A stretch of 63,501 bases of DNA, the filler included, from an uncultured Methanosarcinales archaeon (GTDB lineage Archaea > Nanobdellota > Nanobdellia > Woesearchaeales > DSVV01), in assembly GCA_964593285.1 (NCBI GenBank). It is 4 parts of 4 records of this genome, joined end to end, with 100 filler letters (N's around TTAATTAATTAA, not from the genome) between each part and the next. Parts side by side here need not be neighbours in the genome. Positions count along the whole stretch, not along the records: positions 2,224 to 18,980 come from CAZQHZ010000002.1; positions 19,081 to 44,840 come from CAZQHZ010000016.1; 2 more parts are not named here. One strand, 5' to 3'. How positions within the stretch are numbered: the first letter of the stretch is position 1; every line of letters starts with the position of its first letter. Positions 12,901-21,163 of the stretch are shown one piece after another. A program made the translations under genes and the position numbers. The notes beneath the pieces are model-generated. The model made no database searches, was not told the origin of the DNA, and was given only the letters and a program-made list of their open reading frames with translations.

Positions 12901-13245
12901 TATGGTTTTAATAGTGATATTGGAAAGTTTAAACCAAGGCAGGATTTTAATGATTCATATTCAGCAAAATTTATAAAACCCCAAAAAATTAATAAACCAA
13001 TTAATGTAAAAATTGATGATTCAAAATATATGGATGTAAAAAGTACTAAAGAAATGGTTAATTTAATTAGAAAGGATAGAAATGAACAAATAAAAAAACA
13101 AGCTGAATTAATGCAAAAATCAAAACCAAAAGAAAAACCAAATTTAAAAGATTTAAATGTTAGAAAAAAATCATTGTATGATAAAATTAGTGATAGTTTT
13201 GGAAAAACTGAAGAAACTGAGAAATTAAAAAAAAGATTAAAATGA
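6931..13245 (+). CDS. Giant Cys-rich single-pass surface adhesin-like protein (2104 aa)
   Basis: Sec signal; Cys-rich N-half; FN3/Ig-like segments; three DCGG-type Cys repeats; DSDCDKIPDDWE Ca-binding-like motif; TM LWFIILIILL...; basic cytoplasmic tail. Confidence 0.85.
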   Translation: MRFNFFNKKKSIFCFIFCLMLVIFVTSFAYSESSQGYCANPFVSPASLLCSDSKISRDLCCPENVNYYDEGNFIETREECVENYFFEEKNDIYEEYCSVKCCLDSSETDCDEIYKIKCLGEEGTPSVNETCNNAGVNDLPKCMQGCCCYTQNEIDFSDIMSNSRCDEFDGSFDSTITNSNNCMEICEIEDEGVSGCYPECDVGYECINSECVYIEDEEVCDPCEDFDCDGECDLFSSCPIDEFLVSNCNCFGSVCGSEKYCCDGIGCTNSPCSSAECSSDIPCGTTNDEGCPLFKRCRIDNTLSAVCEPRADCGMELEICDTPEDDNQNDLINCQDRFCHDVVCANSEDDYSNCMDRGYFDHNDENWKCCYNGPLQDCNEDGVKDTCGACNCLLLDPLPSPILKNITLIGNKDKLKIEWSLNCEIDFYLYKCEGESCSSIENFEQIKSTSEKIYEDSAINYDTPYCYYVSAIYPNEVKNSDIKCIDGIDKTCMGTPHTNFCVDENNEFKSRLTKRAICDSKGQLIISEDCTNKGEGYMCKGPNSGGQTTCLITDDCDNCGDPFNVFAYFDKSKTLDKDLNEVLCKNLDSCFYDFSSSSVDYFRSCFDVRSCYDYRSKFACEEQNLNDFNNKCLSRNCEWVFVDEELNQGICREKNPLHNRCELCNSNEFNEVFGLCNYEKCELFGDCVYRSSDGLCIDSYGMECNDFLTQTHCTGGSNLDMDISYNSEGKRISGTNEIITRSADVGGIGLCRWDSTRSEGDKCYKDANFDESLDPLGFIDYTPPKTTIVSPDKMRNLNISFHVSDLAGFGKQNSGVNDYDVFFCVTKQNEDPCYPNKRPNFMENNNGWFYESVDDGKHNVYFYAVDNANNLEVVKKFEVNIVKNGPEITLNAHTYLYEDSGAVLFEIISPENLFCSDIFFKSETEELSNLENSYGDYFQSRFYDLDDGFYQYAISCIDELGNQITEEKTVRILFDQSIFEVLPTGVLDLEEVDLNLKTRISECRWSFEDIDFDDMDNNFNCQEGVIDSETYYDCVDTFNPTESKTYHIHVACKKNNQISKDKILFVYDNSSPTTNIVDSNDNLFNYFAAHTPSSLNNSLFLNCTDSPRFGFGCNSSFYCLSNQGYCNPNIKVSKNKAINFNVTSFNNLVVCFNSKENVIDGMGGLTETRKCYDMDNVDVDDPIISVMDTLKNYDQSDDPLRVHELNLTDDKFLLSGIVMDPDVSDVNLLNNKLDLIVKHNGTQNSYLNIGANPNFEQEIVLKKGGINTIELRARDRSNSFSNIYSYYISYIDYFGDKIYLLEPLFGVSDSKQFDLLIETYKGADCRYSLIDGGYNSAKPMDKFNETNNQHTIFLNWEHFSENLKQEIFIYCKFDGENLIDEKSFYLSYNTKVPKIDLSIDNSVFGLIPLTIVERPFQTNITVKSDVLVRCKYTTSKTVSFDNMNKFDGFDDGLFNTTNVLSITDLEDNKGYTFYVQCENEALKRSKKEKIYFEIDSSKDPGIHLVSPKSPTANNSFKVSVRTSKLSLWCKLKQKGNEEREMEELTNYDFISHTTFNVLDGKNDFSVSCLNNDGLSSQDFKIIVDTKKPSTPLVETDSKTNKKDYLSAKWSVNKSITDIVLYNYSIGKSPGAHDVFNWTTTIRTDEMVTGLNLSDKISYYFNVKAKSEVGLWSDMGYSSILVDFESQTNGTNETQPDLCSNGELNSDHGETDIDCGGPCEECGFNQSCILNSDCMSGVCFEEKCAMPSCDDEIKNQDETAVDCGGKVCDSCTEGKSCKKDADCITEFCHPLDKKCLYAACDDEYINCHIDEYGVRDCEEGTDCGGPCEPCPEDSGDVCYVNEDGENLLDSDCDKIPDDWEEMHGLNPNDPDDALLPNNDNPRLTNLEAYKENIKRSDELEPSKDKSSLWFIILIILLIIILLIALLITLYYAFYDKFPSKYRFVIDSYINKIKSYFLNLKNEILKNNFLKNKIFNKNSKKENSYQNNSFKDYGFNSDIGKFKPRQDFNDSYSAKFIKPQKINKPINVKIDDSKYMDVKSTKEMVNLIRKDRNEQIKKQAELMQKSKPKEKPNLKDLNVRKKSLYDKISDSFGKTEETEKLKKRLK

Positions 13246-13739
13246 AAATTTTTAAAAAAGCGGATACAGCATCTCAAGCATTTATTTACATTTTTACTTT
13301 ATTTGTAATTGCTTTTTTGTTATTTATGGGTGTTAAATGGCTTTTAAGTTTGATGGCTTTAGGTGAAGATATTAATGTTTCACGGGTTAAAATTGATTTA
13401 GAGAATTCTTTTGATTCAATAAAAACAAGGTATGGAAGCCGGGCTGTTAAAACTTTTACCATACCAAATGAGGTTAGTGTTGTTTGTTTTTTTGGAGAGA
13501 GTTATAGTGGTGGAGATATTTGTGATAGTTTAAAAGATGATTATAATCCAATACTTTGTGAGCTTGGAAAAGATCAAGGAATAAATGTATTATTTTTCCC
13601 ACTTGGAAATATCCCTATTTATTTACCAGATTTAGAAATTGCAGATGAAGATTATTTATGTTTTGATGTTACTAATGGTAAAATTAAGGTCAGATTACAA
13701 AGTCTTGGGAACAAAGTTAAAATTTCAGAACCTTCTTAA
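13242..13739 (+). CDS. Pilin-like protein, class III signal peptide
   Basis: KKA/DTASQAFIYIFTLFVIAFLLFMG; ATGA overlap with upstream gene. Confidence 0.8.
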   Translation: MKIFKKADTASQAFIYIFTLFVIAFLLFMGVKWLLSLMALGEDINVSRVKIDLENSFDSIKTRYGSRAVKTFTIPNEVSVVCFFGESYSGGDICDSLKDDYNPILCELGKDQGINVLFFPLGNIPIYLPDLEIADEDYLCFDVTNGKIKVRLQSLGNKVKISEPS

Positions 13740-13758
13740 ATTTATAATATTTTTAAAA

Positions 13759-14463
13759 ATGAGAAAAAAAAATAAAAAAGCAGTTGTTGAAATACAATTT
13801 AGTTGGATTTTTATTTTAATTGCAGGTTCTGTTATTTTATTATTTTTTGTAAATGTTGCTGGTAAATATAAAAGTTCTCAAGAAGATGCACTTGCTAGTG
13901 ATATTTTAGTTAGGTTATCTGCAATAATTAGTGCTGGGCAGATGAGTGCAAATTCAAATATATTATTAGATTTACCAAAAAATGAGATTGAAGTTATGTG
14001 TTTTCCAGAAACTTGTGAAAAAAAAGGGTGTGATACTATATTTGATTTTAAAAAAAGTAGTATCTCACCACCTGCATGGATGGATATTGAACCTATTTTT
14101 TCTAGTAGTTTTATGAAAGATGATCAGTTAATTACGTGGTCATTAGATTGGTTTACTCCATTTAAAGCAACAAGTGTATTATATTTATCTACAATTAATC
14201 AAAAGTATGTTTTAGTTTATGATACTTTCCCAATGTCGGGTAGTAGTGTGATTTCTCAAGATTTTACAGAATTTTTAAAAGAAAGGTTAGATCAAAATAA
14301 TTTTACAAATTTTGATTACGTTGAATTTGATAATTTAGAAAGTTATGAATATTCAGGAGAATTATCAACAAGATTTATTTTTTTAAATGCAGCACCTGTT
14401 AACGAAATTGATTTACATAGTAGTTTTGATAGAAATAGTAGAATTAGTGCATTGAAAATAACT
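13759..14463 (+). CDS. Pilin-like protein, class III signal peptide (3' end in gap)
   Basis: KKA/VVEIQFSWIFILIAGSVILLFF from ATG 13759; the ORF track fuses it to the next gene across Ns. Confidence 0.8.
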
Positions 14464-14563
14464 NNNNNNNNNNNNNNNNNNNNNNNNNNNNNNNNNNNNN
14501 NNNNNNNNNNNNNNNNNNNNNNNNNNNNNNNNNNNNNNNNNNNNNNNNNNNNNNNNNNNNNNN
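14464..14563. other. Scaffold gap (100 N)
   Basis: Run of Ns. Confidence 0.99.
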
Positions 14564-14568
14564 AAAAA

Positions 14569-15051
14569 ATGAAAATTATAAAATTAAAAAAATCACAAAT
14601 GAAAATGCTTGAATCTATTTTTGTTCTAATTATATTTTTTTTTATGTTAATTTTTGGTATTATTTTTTATACAAATTATAAAATTCAAAATAGTAAAGAT
14701 AGAGATTATGAATCAAGTGAAATTAGATTGATTGAAATTTCTAATAGACTTCAAAACCTTCCAGAAATTCAATGTACAATTGATGGAGTTTATGTTGAAT
14801 TTGATTGTATTGATTTGCATAAATTTGAATCATTTGTTGATTATTCAAAAGATAATGTTGGTTATTATTCAAAACTATTGTATAATTCATTTATTAATGT
14901 AACACAAACTTATCCAACAACTTTTAATCATCAAATTTATTCAAGTGGTGAAACTGATAATTTTAATATTGTAAGGTTACCTGTTAATATATATAATGCA
15001 TCATCGAAGATGAATAATTTTGGCTATATTACAATTGGGGTGTATCGGTAA
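14569..15051 (+). CDS. Pilin-like protein, class III signal peptide
   Basis: Own ATG at 14569; KKS/QMKMLESIFVLIIFFFMLIFG; LPEIQC...CID. Confidence 0.8.
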   Translation: MKIIKLKKSQMKMLESIFVLIIFFFMLIFGIIFYTNYKIQNSKDRDYESSEIRLIEISNRLQNLPEIQCTIDGVYVEFDCIDLHKFESFVDYSKDNVGYYSKLLYNSFINVTQTYPTTFNHQIYSSGETDNFNIVRLPVNIYNASSKMNNFGYITIGVYR

Positions 15052-15581
15052 TGACTAGAAAAAATGCACAAATTGAAATTGTTGGTTTATTAATTATAGT
15101 TTTAATAATTACCTTTATACTTATTTTTATGTTTACATCTAATTCAAATGAAAGTGAAGTTAATTTAGATGAAATTCATGATGTAAATTTAGCAACAAGT
15201 ATTATTATTTCAATGATTAATACAGATACTGATTGTACTTCTGCAAAACCAAGAGTTAGAAATTTAATAATAGATGCAGCAAGAGCAAATGTAACAGGAA
15301 CTTATTTTATTACTTGTACTGGTGGAGAAAATTCTTTAGTTTTTTCAAAACAAGTTTTTAAAGAAATTTTAGATAAAACAATGGATGAATGGAATAAAAA
15401 TTATGAATTTATTGTTACAAAAGCCGGAGGTGATTATAATACACCAGATGATCGTTTAATTCGTTTTACAAATTCAGATTTTGAACAAAAAGATGATGCT
15501 GAAGTTGGAATTGTTGCATTACCTTTGACAAATCAAGGTACAATCTCTATTGTTTTATGTATTGGTGGATGTGGTAGTTAA
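15051..15581 (+). CDS. Pilin-like protein, class III signal peptide
   Basis: RKNA/QIEIVGLLIIVLIITFILIF; TAATG coupling to upstream gene. Confidence 0.8.
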   Translation: MTRKNAQIEIVGLLIIVLIITFILIFMFTSNSNESEVNLDEIHDVNLATSIIISMINTDTDCTSAKPRVRNLIIDAARANVTGTYFITCTGGENSLVFSKQVFKEILDKTMDEWNKNYEFIVTKAGGDYNTPDDRLIRFTNSDFEQKDDAEVGIVALPLTNQGTISIVLCIGGCGS

Positions 15582-15582
15582 T

Positions 15583-15598
15583 CCAAAAAATTTATAAA
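15583..15598 (+). promoter_or_regulatory. BRE-TATA promoter for the two small pilins
   Basis: CCAAAAAA-TTTATAAA about 35 nt before ATG 15634, with AAGGTG Shine-Dalgarno-like sequence between. Confidence 0.55.
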
Positions 15599-15633
15599 TA
15601 ATAAAAATAAGAAAACATAAAGGTGTTATAAAA

Positions 15634-15882
15634 ATGATTAAAAAAGCTCAAGGAATGTCTTTAAATGTTGTAGTTATTGCTGCATTAGTTGTTTTAGTTT
15701 TAGTTATTTTATCTGTAATTTTGCTTGGACGAATGGGAGTTTTTACAATGGACTTAAATAAATGTAAAGGTGAATGTATGCAAAGTTATTGTGATGAAGG
15801 ATATAGTGAAATAAGTGGTAATTGCTATGATGGTAATGAAATAGATCCATCTCTTAAATGTTGTGTGGAATTAAATGTTTGA
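15634..15882 (+). CDS. Small type IV pilin-like protein (major pilin candidate)
   Basis: KKA/QGMSLNVVVIAALVVLVLVIL; short Cys-rich head ending CCVE. Confidence 0.85.
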   Translation: MIKKAQGMSLNVVVIAALVVLVLVILSVILLGRMGVFTMDLNKCKGECMQSYCDEGYSEISGNCYDGNEIDPSLKCCVELNV

Positions 15883-16135
15883 CAAAAAAGCAGTTGAAAT
15901 GTCTTTAAATACTATAGTTATTGCTGCAATTGCATTAACTATTTTGGTTGTGTTAATAATTATTGTAGCTGGAAGAATGGGTATTTTTACTCAAGGATTG
16001 GATGATTGCACAGATAAAGGAGGAGATCAAAAACCATCTGCAGCAGAGTGTGTTAATGAAGGTGGAACATCAATTGGTCCTTATATAAATAGTGATAATG
16101 AAAAGGATGGTGTTTGTTGTGTTGAAGCGAAGTGA
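15875..16135 (+). CDS. Small type IV pilin-like protein, paralog of 15634
   Basis: KKA/VEMSLNTIVIAAIALTILVVL; shared GRMG(V/I)FT and CCVE. Confidence 0.85.
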   Translation: MFDKKAVEMSLNTIVIAAIALTILVVLIIIVAGRMGIFTQGLDDCTDKGGDQKPSAAECVNEGGTSIGPYINSDNEKDGVCCVEAK

Positions 16136-16248
16136 AGTTACTAATATTATTTAGTATAATTTTATTAATTATTTATGTTTTTGATTATTATTAGTAAAAT
16201 CTAATTAATCAAAATATTTATATATTTTAATTTCTATTTTTTTATTAT

Positions 16249-16371
16249 ATGGATAAAAACGCTTCATTTGAATTTAGTTTAACTCAATTAATTACTGTGA
16301 TTGTTATTGTTTTTATTGCAGTTTTATTATTTTTAGCAGTAACTAATCTTTCGGGTATTTTATCAAATTAA
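16249..16371 (+). CDS. 40-aa micro-pilin (not in ORF track)
   Basis: MDKNA/SFEFSLTQLITVIVIVFIAVLLFLAVTNLSGILSN*; TTTATATA box at 16217-16224; ends 14 nt before next gene. Confidence 0.65.
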   Translation: MDKNASFEFSLTQLITVIVIVFIAVLLFLAVTNLSGILSN

Positions 16372-16385
16372 ATTTTAGGTTAAAA

Positions 16386-17204
16386 ATGAATAAAAAATCA
16401 CAAATGACATCTTTGATACAGATAATTTTAATTGTTATAGTTTTAGTTGCAATACTTTTTTTTATGAGGTCTTTTATATCTATAGGTGAAAAAGTTGTAG
16501 ATGATGAAATTTGTAGAACTACTGCTGCTGCAAACGTTAAAGCCAAATTTGTTGGATTGGAATTGTTTCAATTAAAATGTCCAAGAAAAGTAGTTCATTT
16601 TTATGAAAATGGTTATAAAATGTATTATTCATCTAGAGATATTGTTGATATTGAAAAAAAAGAATTTTATAAAAGGTTTAATTATGATGGTGATGATAAG
16701 TTATTAAAAAATGAATACTATGAATTGCTTGCAGATGAAATGGCTGGTTGCTGGTATAAACTTGGAGAAGGTAAGTACAATTTTTTTAAAGGATTAGTTG
16801 AGGGTAGAGCTACAAAAGCACAAGGTTGTATTATTTGTAGCGATATTATAAATCATGTTGATAATATTGATTTTAATCTTTTAGAATTTAAACAATTTTT
16901 AAAAAAAAATAAATTTACAAAATATGGGAAAGATGTTTATTATTATGATTATTTAGAATATGATTTAATTCAGGAAAAAGTAAAAATTGCGAATTCAGAA
17001 GAAAATGATTATATGTTTTTTGATCCTGATCTTATTGATCCTGATGTTATTGATTTAAAAGATTTTCCTTTATTTATTGATGATAGCAATACTTTTAATT
17101 TTTTGATTACTTATAATGTTATTTCAATAAATGCATTTGAATATTTTTTTGTTTCAATTACAAATACAGATTATAATGCTTATTTTTGTGATACTATAAA
17201 ATGA
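16386..17204 (+). CDS. Pilin-like protein, class III signal peptide
   Basis: KKS/QMTSLIQIILIVIVLVAILFF; LADEMAGCWY...CIICS core. Confidence 0.8.
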   Translation: MNKKSQMTSLIQIILIVIVLVAILFFMRSFISIGEKVVDDEICRTTAAANVKAKFVGLELFQLKCPRKVVHFYENGYKMYYSSRDIVDIEKKEFYKRFNYDGDDKLLKNEYYELLADEMAGCWYKLGEGKYNFFKGLVEGRATKAQGCIICSDIINHVDNIDFNLLEFKQFLKKNKFTKYGKDVYYYDYLEYDLIQEKVKIANSEENDYMFFDPDLIDPDVIDLKDFPLFIDDSNTFNFLITYNVISINAFEYFFVSITNTDYNAYFCDTIK

Positions 17205-18091
17205 AAAAAAAAGGTGAATTAAATAAAATAATTGTATCGTTAGTTTTAGTTTTATTTGTATTATTTATTTTATTTATTTTTTATACTGATTTGTTTGAGA
17301 CATTTTATGATAAAAAACATAAAAATGAGTGTAAGCAAGCATTATATATGGCTTCATTATCTAATATTAAAAATAATGATTTTTTAAATTTTTTTGGTGG
17401 ATTTGGTTCTGGTAGTGATTCTGGAAATGTTCCTTGTAAAATTAATGTAAAAAAAATAACTACTGGTGATAAAGAAGATGTAAAAAAAGAAATTGCTAAT
17501 TTAATGTATGATTCTTGGGATATGATGCATATGGGACAGCTTGATTTTGTTTCAGGTAGAAAGACTGAAACTTATTGTATTATTACAGATGTAATTGAAT
17601 TTGAAGATGATTCTAAAAATATTGGTGAAATTGATAATTTTTTAGATTATTTATCTGAAAAAAAAATTACAAATCCATCTTTTGAAGATACAACATATTT
17701 AGAATATTTACAATGTTACAACACTGTAAGTAAATATTTTGATGATAAGATAATGATTGAACATGATTTTGATTTTAATATAGATACTAATCAAGATTAT
17801 GCAATTATGTTTGTTTATTCAAGGGAGGGATATTTACATAGAATATGGGCTGGGATGAAAGGTGCTGGTGCTGGTGGGGTAATTGGTGGTGTTTTAGCAG
17901 TTAAATTTGGAGCATTAACCGGTGGTGTTGGTATTATTGTATTAGGTGTTGCTGGTGCGGGTATTGGTTATGAAATAAATCCTAGCGTTGGTGCTGATTG
18001 GAGTTCTTGTATTATATTAATACCATATGAAGAAAATTTTTTATCTGAATTAAATTGTACTTATATGCCTGGAATTTTTGATACAAGATAA
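17201..18091 (+). CDS. Pilin-like protein with glycine-zipper hydrophobic hairpin
   Basis: KKG/ELNKIIVSLVLVLFVLF; core similar to 16386; GAGAGGVIGGVLAVKFGALTGGVGIIVLGVAGAGIG. Confidence 0.8.
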   Translation: MKKKGELNKIIVSLVLVLFVLFILFIFYTDLFETFYDKKHKNECKQALYMASLSNIKNNDFLNFFGGFGSGSDSGNVPCKINVKKITTGDKEDVKKEIANLMYDSWDMMHMGQLDFVSGRKTETYCIITDVIEFEDDSKNIGEIDNFLDYLSEKKITNPSFEDTTYLEYLQCYNTVSKYFDDKIMIEHDFDFNIDTNQDYAIMFVYSREGYLHRIWAGMKGAGAGGVIGGVLAVKFGALTGGVGIIVLGVAGAGIGYEINPSVGADWSSCIILIPYEENFLSELNCTYMPGIFDTR

Positions 18092-18124
18092 ATTTAAATA
18101 TAATAAAATTAATAATTTGTTAAA

Positions 18125-18271
18125 ATGAAGTTAAATAAATTTGCAGAAATGCCTTTTTGGCTTGTAAAAATGGTTATTGCTTTAGCATTATTATTAATTT
18201 TAGTAATAATAATAACAACTATAAGTGGACATAATTTTGAATTTTTAGATTGGCTTAAGAGTTGGTTTTAA
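18125..18271 (+). CDS. 48-aa micro-pilin (not in ORF track)
   Basis: MKLNKFA/EMPFWLVKMVIALALLLILVIIITTISGHNFEFLDWLKSWF*; stop 1 nt before next ATG. Confidence 0.7.
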   Translation: MKLNKFAEMPFWLVKMVIALALLLILVIIITTISGHNFEFLDWLKSWF

Positions 18272-18272
18272 A

Positions 18273-18980
18273 ATGTTTAAAAAAAAAGCCATGGAAGTTA
18301 AATTTTTAGTTGGTATGATATTGGCTTTATTAGTTTTATTTATTTCTATATCTATTTTTACTAAATATTCAATACTTGATAGAGTTTATGAAATTGGTTG
18401 CAAGGAAGGATACCAAAAAATGTGTGATAAATTAGATCCAGCAAAACAACATTATCCTAATTCAATAGTTAATGCAAGAGATGACTGTTCAAGTCAATTT
18501 AATTTAGATGCCGATGAATTTGAAGATAAAAAAAATAAATATTTTAATTTAGCTTTTTATGAGGATGAAAATTATTTGTTAGAAAAAATAAGTCTTTGTG
18601 TTTATGAAGATTTATTAGAAAAATCTAAAGATCCTTCAATTAATGTAAATCAGCTTATTGATATGGATTTATCTTACTCAAAAACAGATAGTGTTCATAT
18701 TGCTAAAAGTATGGATGAATGTTTAAAAAAAGAAGAAGATAATGGATTTTATATTCAAATGAATGAAATAAAATATAATTATTTAAAAGAAAGTCTTATA
18801 GATATTAAAGAAAAATCAGCAGATAAATTAGATTTATTAAGTAAATTATTTAATTATGTAGACTGTAGTATTAAAATGTTATTTGACCAAGGTATTTTAA
18901 ATTGTGATAAGAATAGTGAAAATTATTATTCTATACTTTGTGAACTAGAAGAAGAAATAAATGAACAAGATGAAAAAGAA
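18273..18980 (+). CDS. Pilin-like protein, class III signal peptide (truncated by spacer)
   Basis: KKA/MEVKFLVGMILALLVLFISISIF. Confidence 0.75.
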
Positions 18981-19080
18981 NNNNNNNNNNNNNNNNNNNN
19001 NNNNNNNNNNNNNNNNNNNNNNNNTTAATTAATTAANNNNNNNNNNNNNNNNNNNNNNNNNNNNNNNNNNNNNNNNNNNN
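18981..19080. other. Artificial contig linker
   Basis: 44N-TTAATTAATTAA-44N. Confidence 0.97.
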
Positions 19081-20007
19081 ATTTTTAAAATATGGTATTG
19101 TTTTTTTTAACCCTTCATTTAATTCTATTAAAGGTTTCCATGATAATTTTTCTTTTGCAAGATTGATATCTGGTTTTCTTTGTTTTGGATCATCTCCTGG
19201 AAGTTTTTCATAAATGATTTTTGAATTTGAATTTGTTAATTTAATTATTTTTTCTGCAAGTTCAATTATTTTAAATTCATCTGGATTTCCTAAATTGACT
19301 GGACCTTTAAAATCTTTGGAATTCATCATTTTAATCATTCCATCAATTAAATCATCAACATATTGAAAAGACCTTGTTTGCATGCCTGTGCCATAAATTG
19401 TTATATTTTTATTTTGTAATGCTTGCATAATAAAATTACTAACAACACGTCCATCATTTGGATCCATATTAGGACCATACGTGTTAAAAATTCTAACAAT
19501 TTTTATATTAACATTTTGCATTCTATTATAGTCCATACATAAACATTCTGCAACACGCTTTCCTTCATCATAGCAACTTCTAATGCCAATTGGATTAACA
19601 TTACCAAAATAATCTTCTTTTTGTGGATGGAGTAATGGATCGCCATATATTTCAGAAGTTGAAGCATGAAGAATTTTTGCTTTAGTTCGTTTTGCTAAAC
19701 CTAAAATATTAATCATTCCAATAGTTGAACATTTAATTGTTTTTACAGCATTATATTGGTAATGTGGAGGAGATGCTGGACATGCTAAATTATATATTTC
19801 ATCACATTCAATAAATAATGGTCTAGTAACATCATGCCTTATTAATTCAAAATTTGGATTTTTTAAAAATTCTAAAATATTATCTTTTCGTCCTGTAAAA
19901 AAATTATCAACACATAAAACAGTATGGCCTTGATTTAATAATTTTTTCGTTAAATGGCTTCCAATAAATCCTGCACCTCCTGTTATTAATATTGTTTTTT
20001 TATCCAT
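19081..20007 (-). CDS. uxs: UDP-glucuronate decarboxylase (extended SDR), last codons in spacer
   Basis: [53 protein letters not shown]. Confidence 0.92.
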
Positions 20008-20050
20008 AATTTTTAATATTTAAAATTATTTATAAATTTTTTGTAATTAT

Positions 20051-20617
20051 TTATAATTTATCATAACAATACTTTTTTTCTAAAATTTCAATAATATGTT
20101 TTTTTGATTTTGTAACTGGATTTATTGGAACAAAGGGACATTTTGTAGTATCTTTTGTTGAATCATTAAAAGTATTAATTTTTCTTGCAATATTGATAAT
20201 TTCATCTTTTTCAAAACAAAGTAATGGCCGCAATATTGGTAAATTTATGTTTGAAGAAATAACTGTCATGTTAGATAAAGTTTGAGATGCAACTTGTCCT
20301 AAATTTTCACCAGTAATTATACAATCAACATTATGTTTTTTTCCAATTTTTTCTGCTTCTTTTAACATTGCTCTTTTGCATAAAATACAAGTATATTTAT
20401 CATCTACCTTTTGTTTTATTTTTTCAAGTTTTAAAAAAAAATCATTAATAATTATTTTTGCATCTTTATCAATTTTTTTTATTAAATCTTTTATTATTTC
20501 ATCGCCCTCATTTTTTATTTTTAAATGTAGATATATAATTTCAAACCCTTGTTTTTTTAATAAATAAGAAGCAACTGGGCTGTCTATTCCTGTACTAATT
20601 AATGATATTGCTTTCAT
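20051..20617 (-). CDS. thiI: ThiI-type tRNA sulfurtransferase, stand-alone PP-loop catalytic domain
   Basis: STGIDSPVA, CILCKR, TGENLGQVASQTLSN, LRPL...K.EI; no THUMP domain. Confidence 0.8.
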   Translation of the reverse strand: MKAISLISTGIDSPVASYLLKKQGFEIIYLHLKIKNEGDEIIKDLIKKIDKDAKIIINDFFLKLEKIKQKVDDKYTCILCKRAMLKEAEKIGKKHNVDCIITGENLGQVASQTLSNMTVISSNINLPILRPLLCFEKDEIINIARKINTFNDSTKDTTKCPFVPINPVTKSKKHIIEILEKKYCYDKL

Positions 20618-20755
20618 TTTAAATAGAATTTTATTAAATTATAAAAGATTATTGCTAAAAAAATATTAAAATTAATATATTCTTAAAAACATTTATAAAT
20701 AAATATTTAATTCAAGAATAATAATAAGAATAAAAAGTTATAAAATAGAGTGAAA

Positions 20756-21163
20756 ATGGATTATGAAAAATTATTAGATACGGCTTATGAAAAATTACCT
20801 GAAAAATCAAAACTAGTTGAAAGATTTGAAATACCAAAGGTTAGAGGCCATTTACAAGGAAATAAGACAATTGTTACAAATTTTCATCAAATTGCACAGC
20901 TTTTAAATAGACCGGTTGAACATTTATTAAAATATGTTTTAAAAGAACTTGCAACCCCTGGAAATTTAGTAAAAAATGGTGTTATTTTTGGAACAAAAAT
21001 TCCTGCATCTAGATTAAATGAAAAATTAGAAAAATATGTTGAAGAATTTGTTTTATGTAAAGAATGCCAAAAACCAGATACTAAATTAATAAAAGAAGAC
21101 AAATTTTTATTTAAAAAATGTCTTGCATGTGGATCTAAACAATCTGTTAGGATAATCAAATGA
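20756..21163 (+). CDS. eif2b: Translation initiation factor aIF-2 beta
   Basis: ERFEIP, GNKTIVTNF, KELAT, CKECQKPDT...CLACG zinc ribbon. Confidence 0.95.
   Translation: MDYEKLLDTAYEKLPEKSKLVERFEIPKVRGHLQGNKTIVTNFHQIAQLLNRPVEHLLKYVLKELATPGNLVKNGVIFGTKIPASRLNEKLEKYVEEFVLCKECQKPDTKLIKEDKFLFKKCLACGSKQSVRIIK

Noticed and set aside
13639..15051. Single 470-aa ORF from the track
   Set aside because: Read-through of a 100-N gap; two separate class III leaders at 13759 and 14569 show two genes
13242..18980. Archaellum (fla/arl) operon or provirus
   Set aside because: No archaellin GIGTLIVFIA-type N-terminus, no ArlH/I/J, and no integrase, capsid or packaging ATPase motifs
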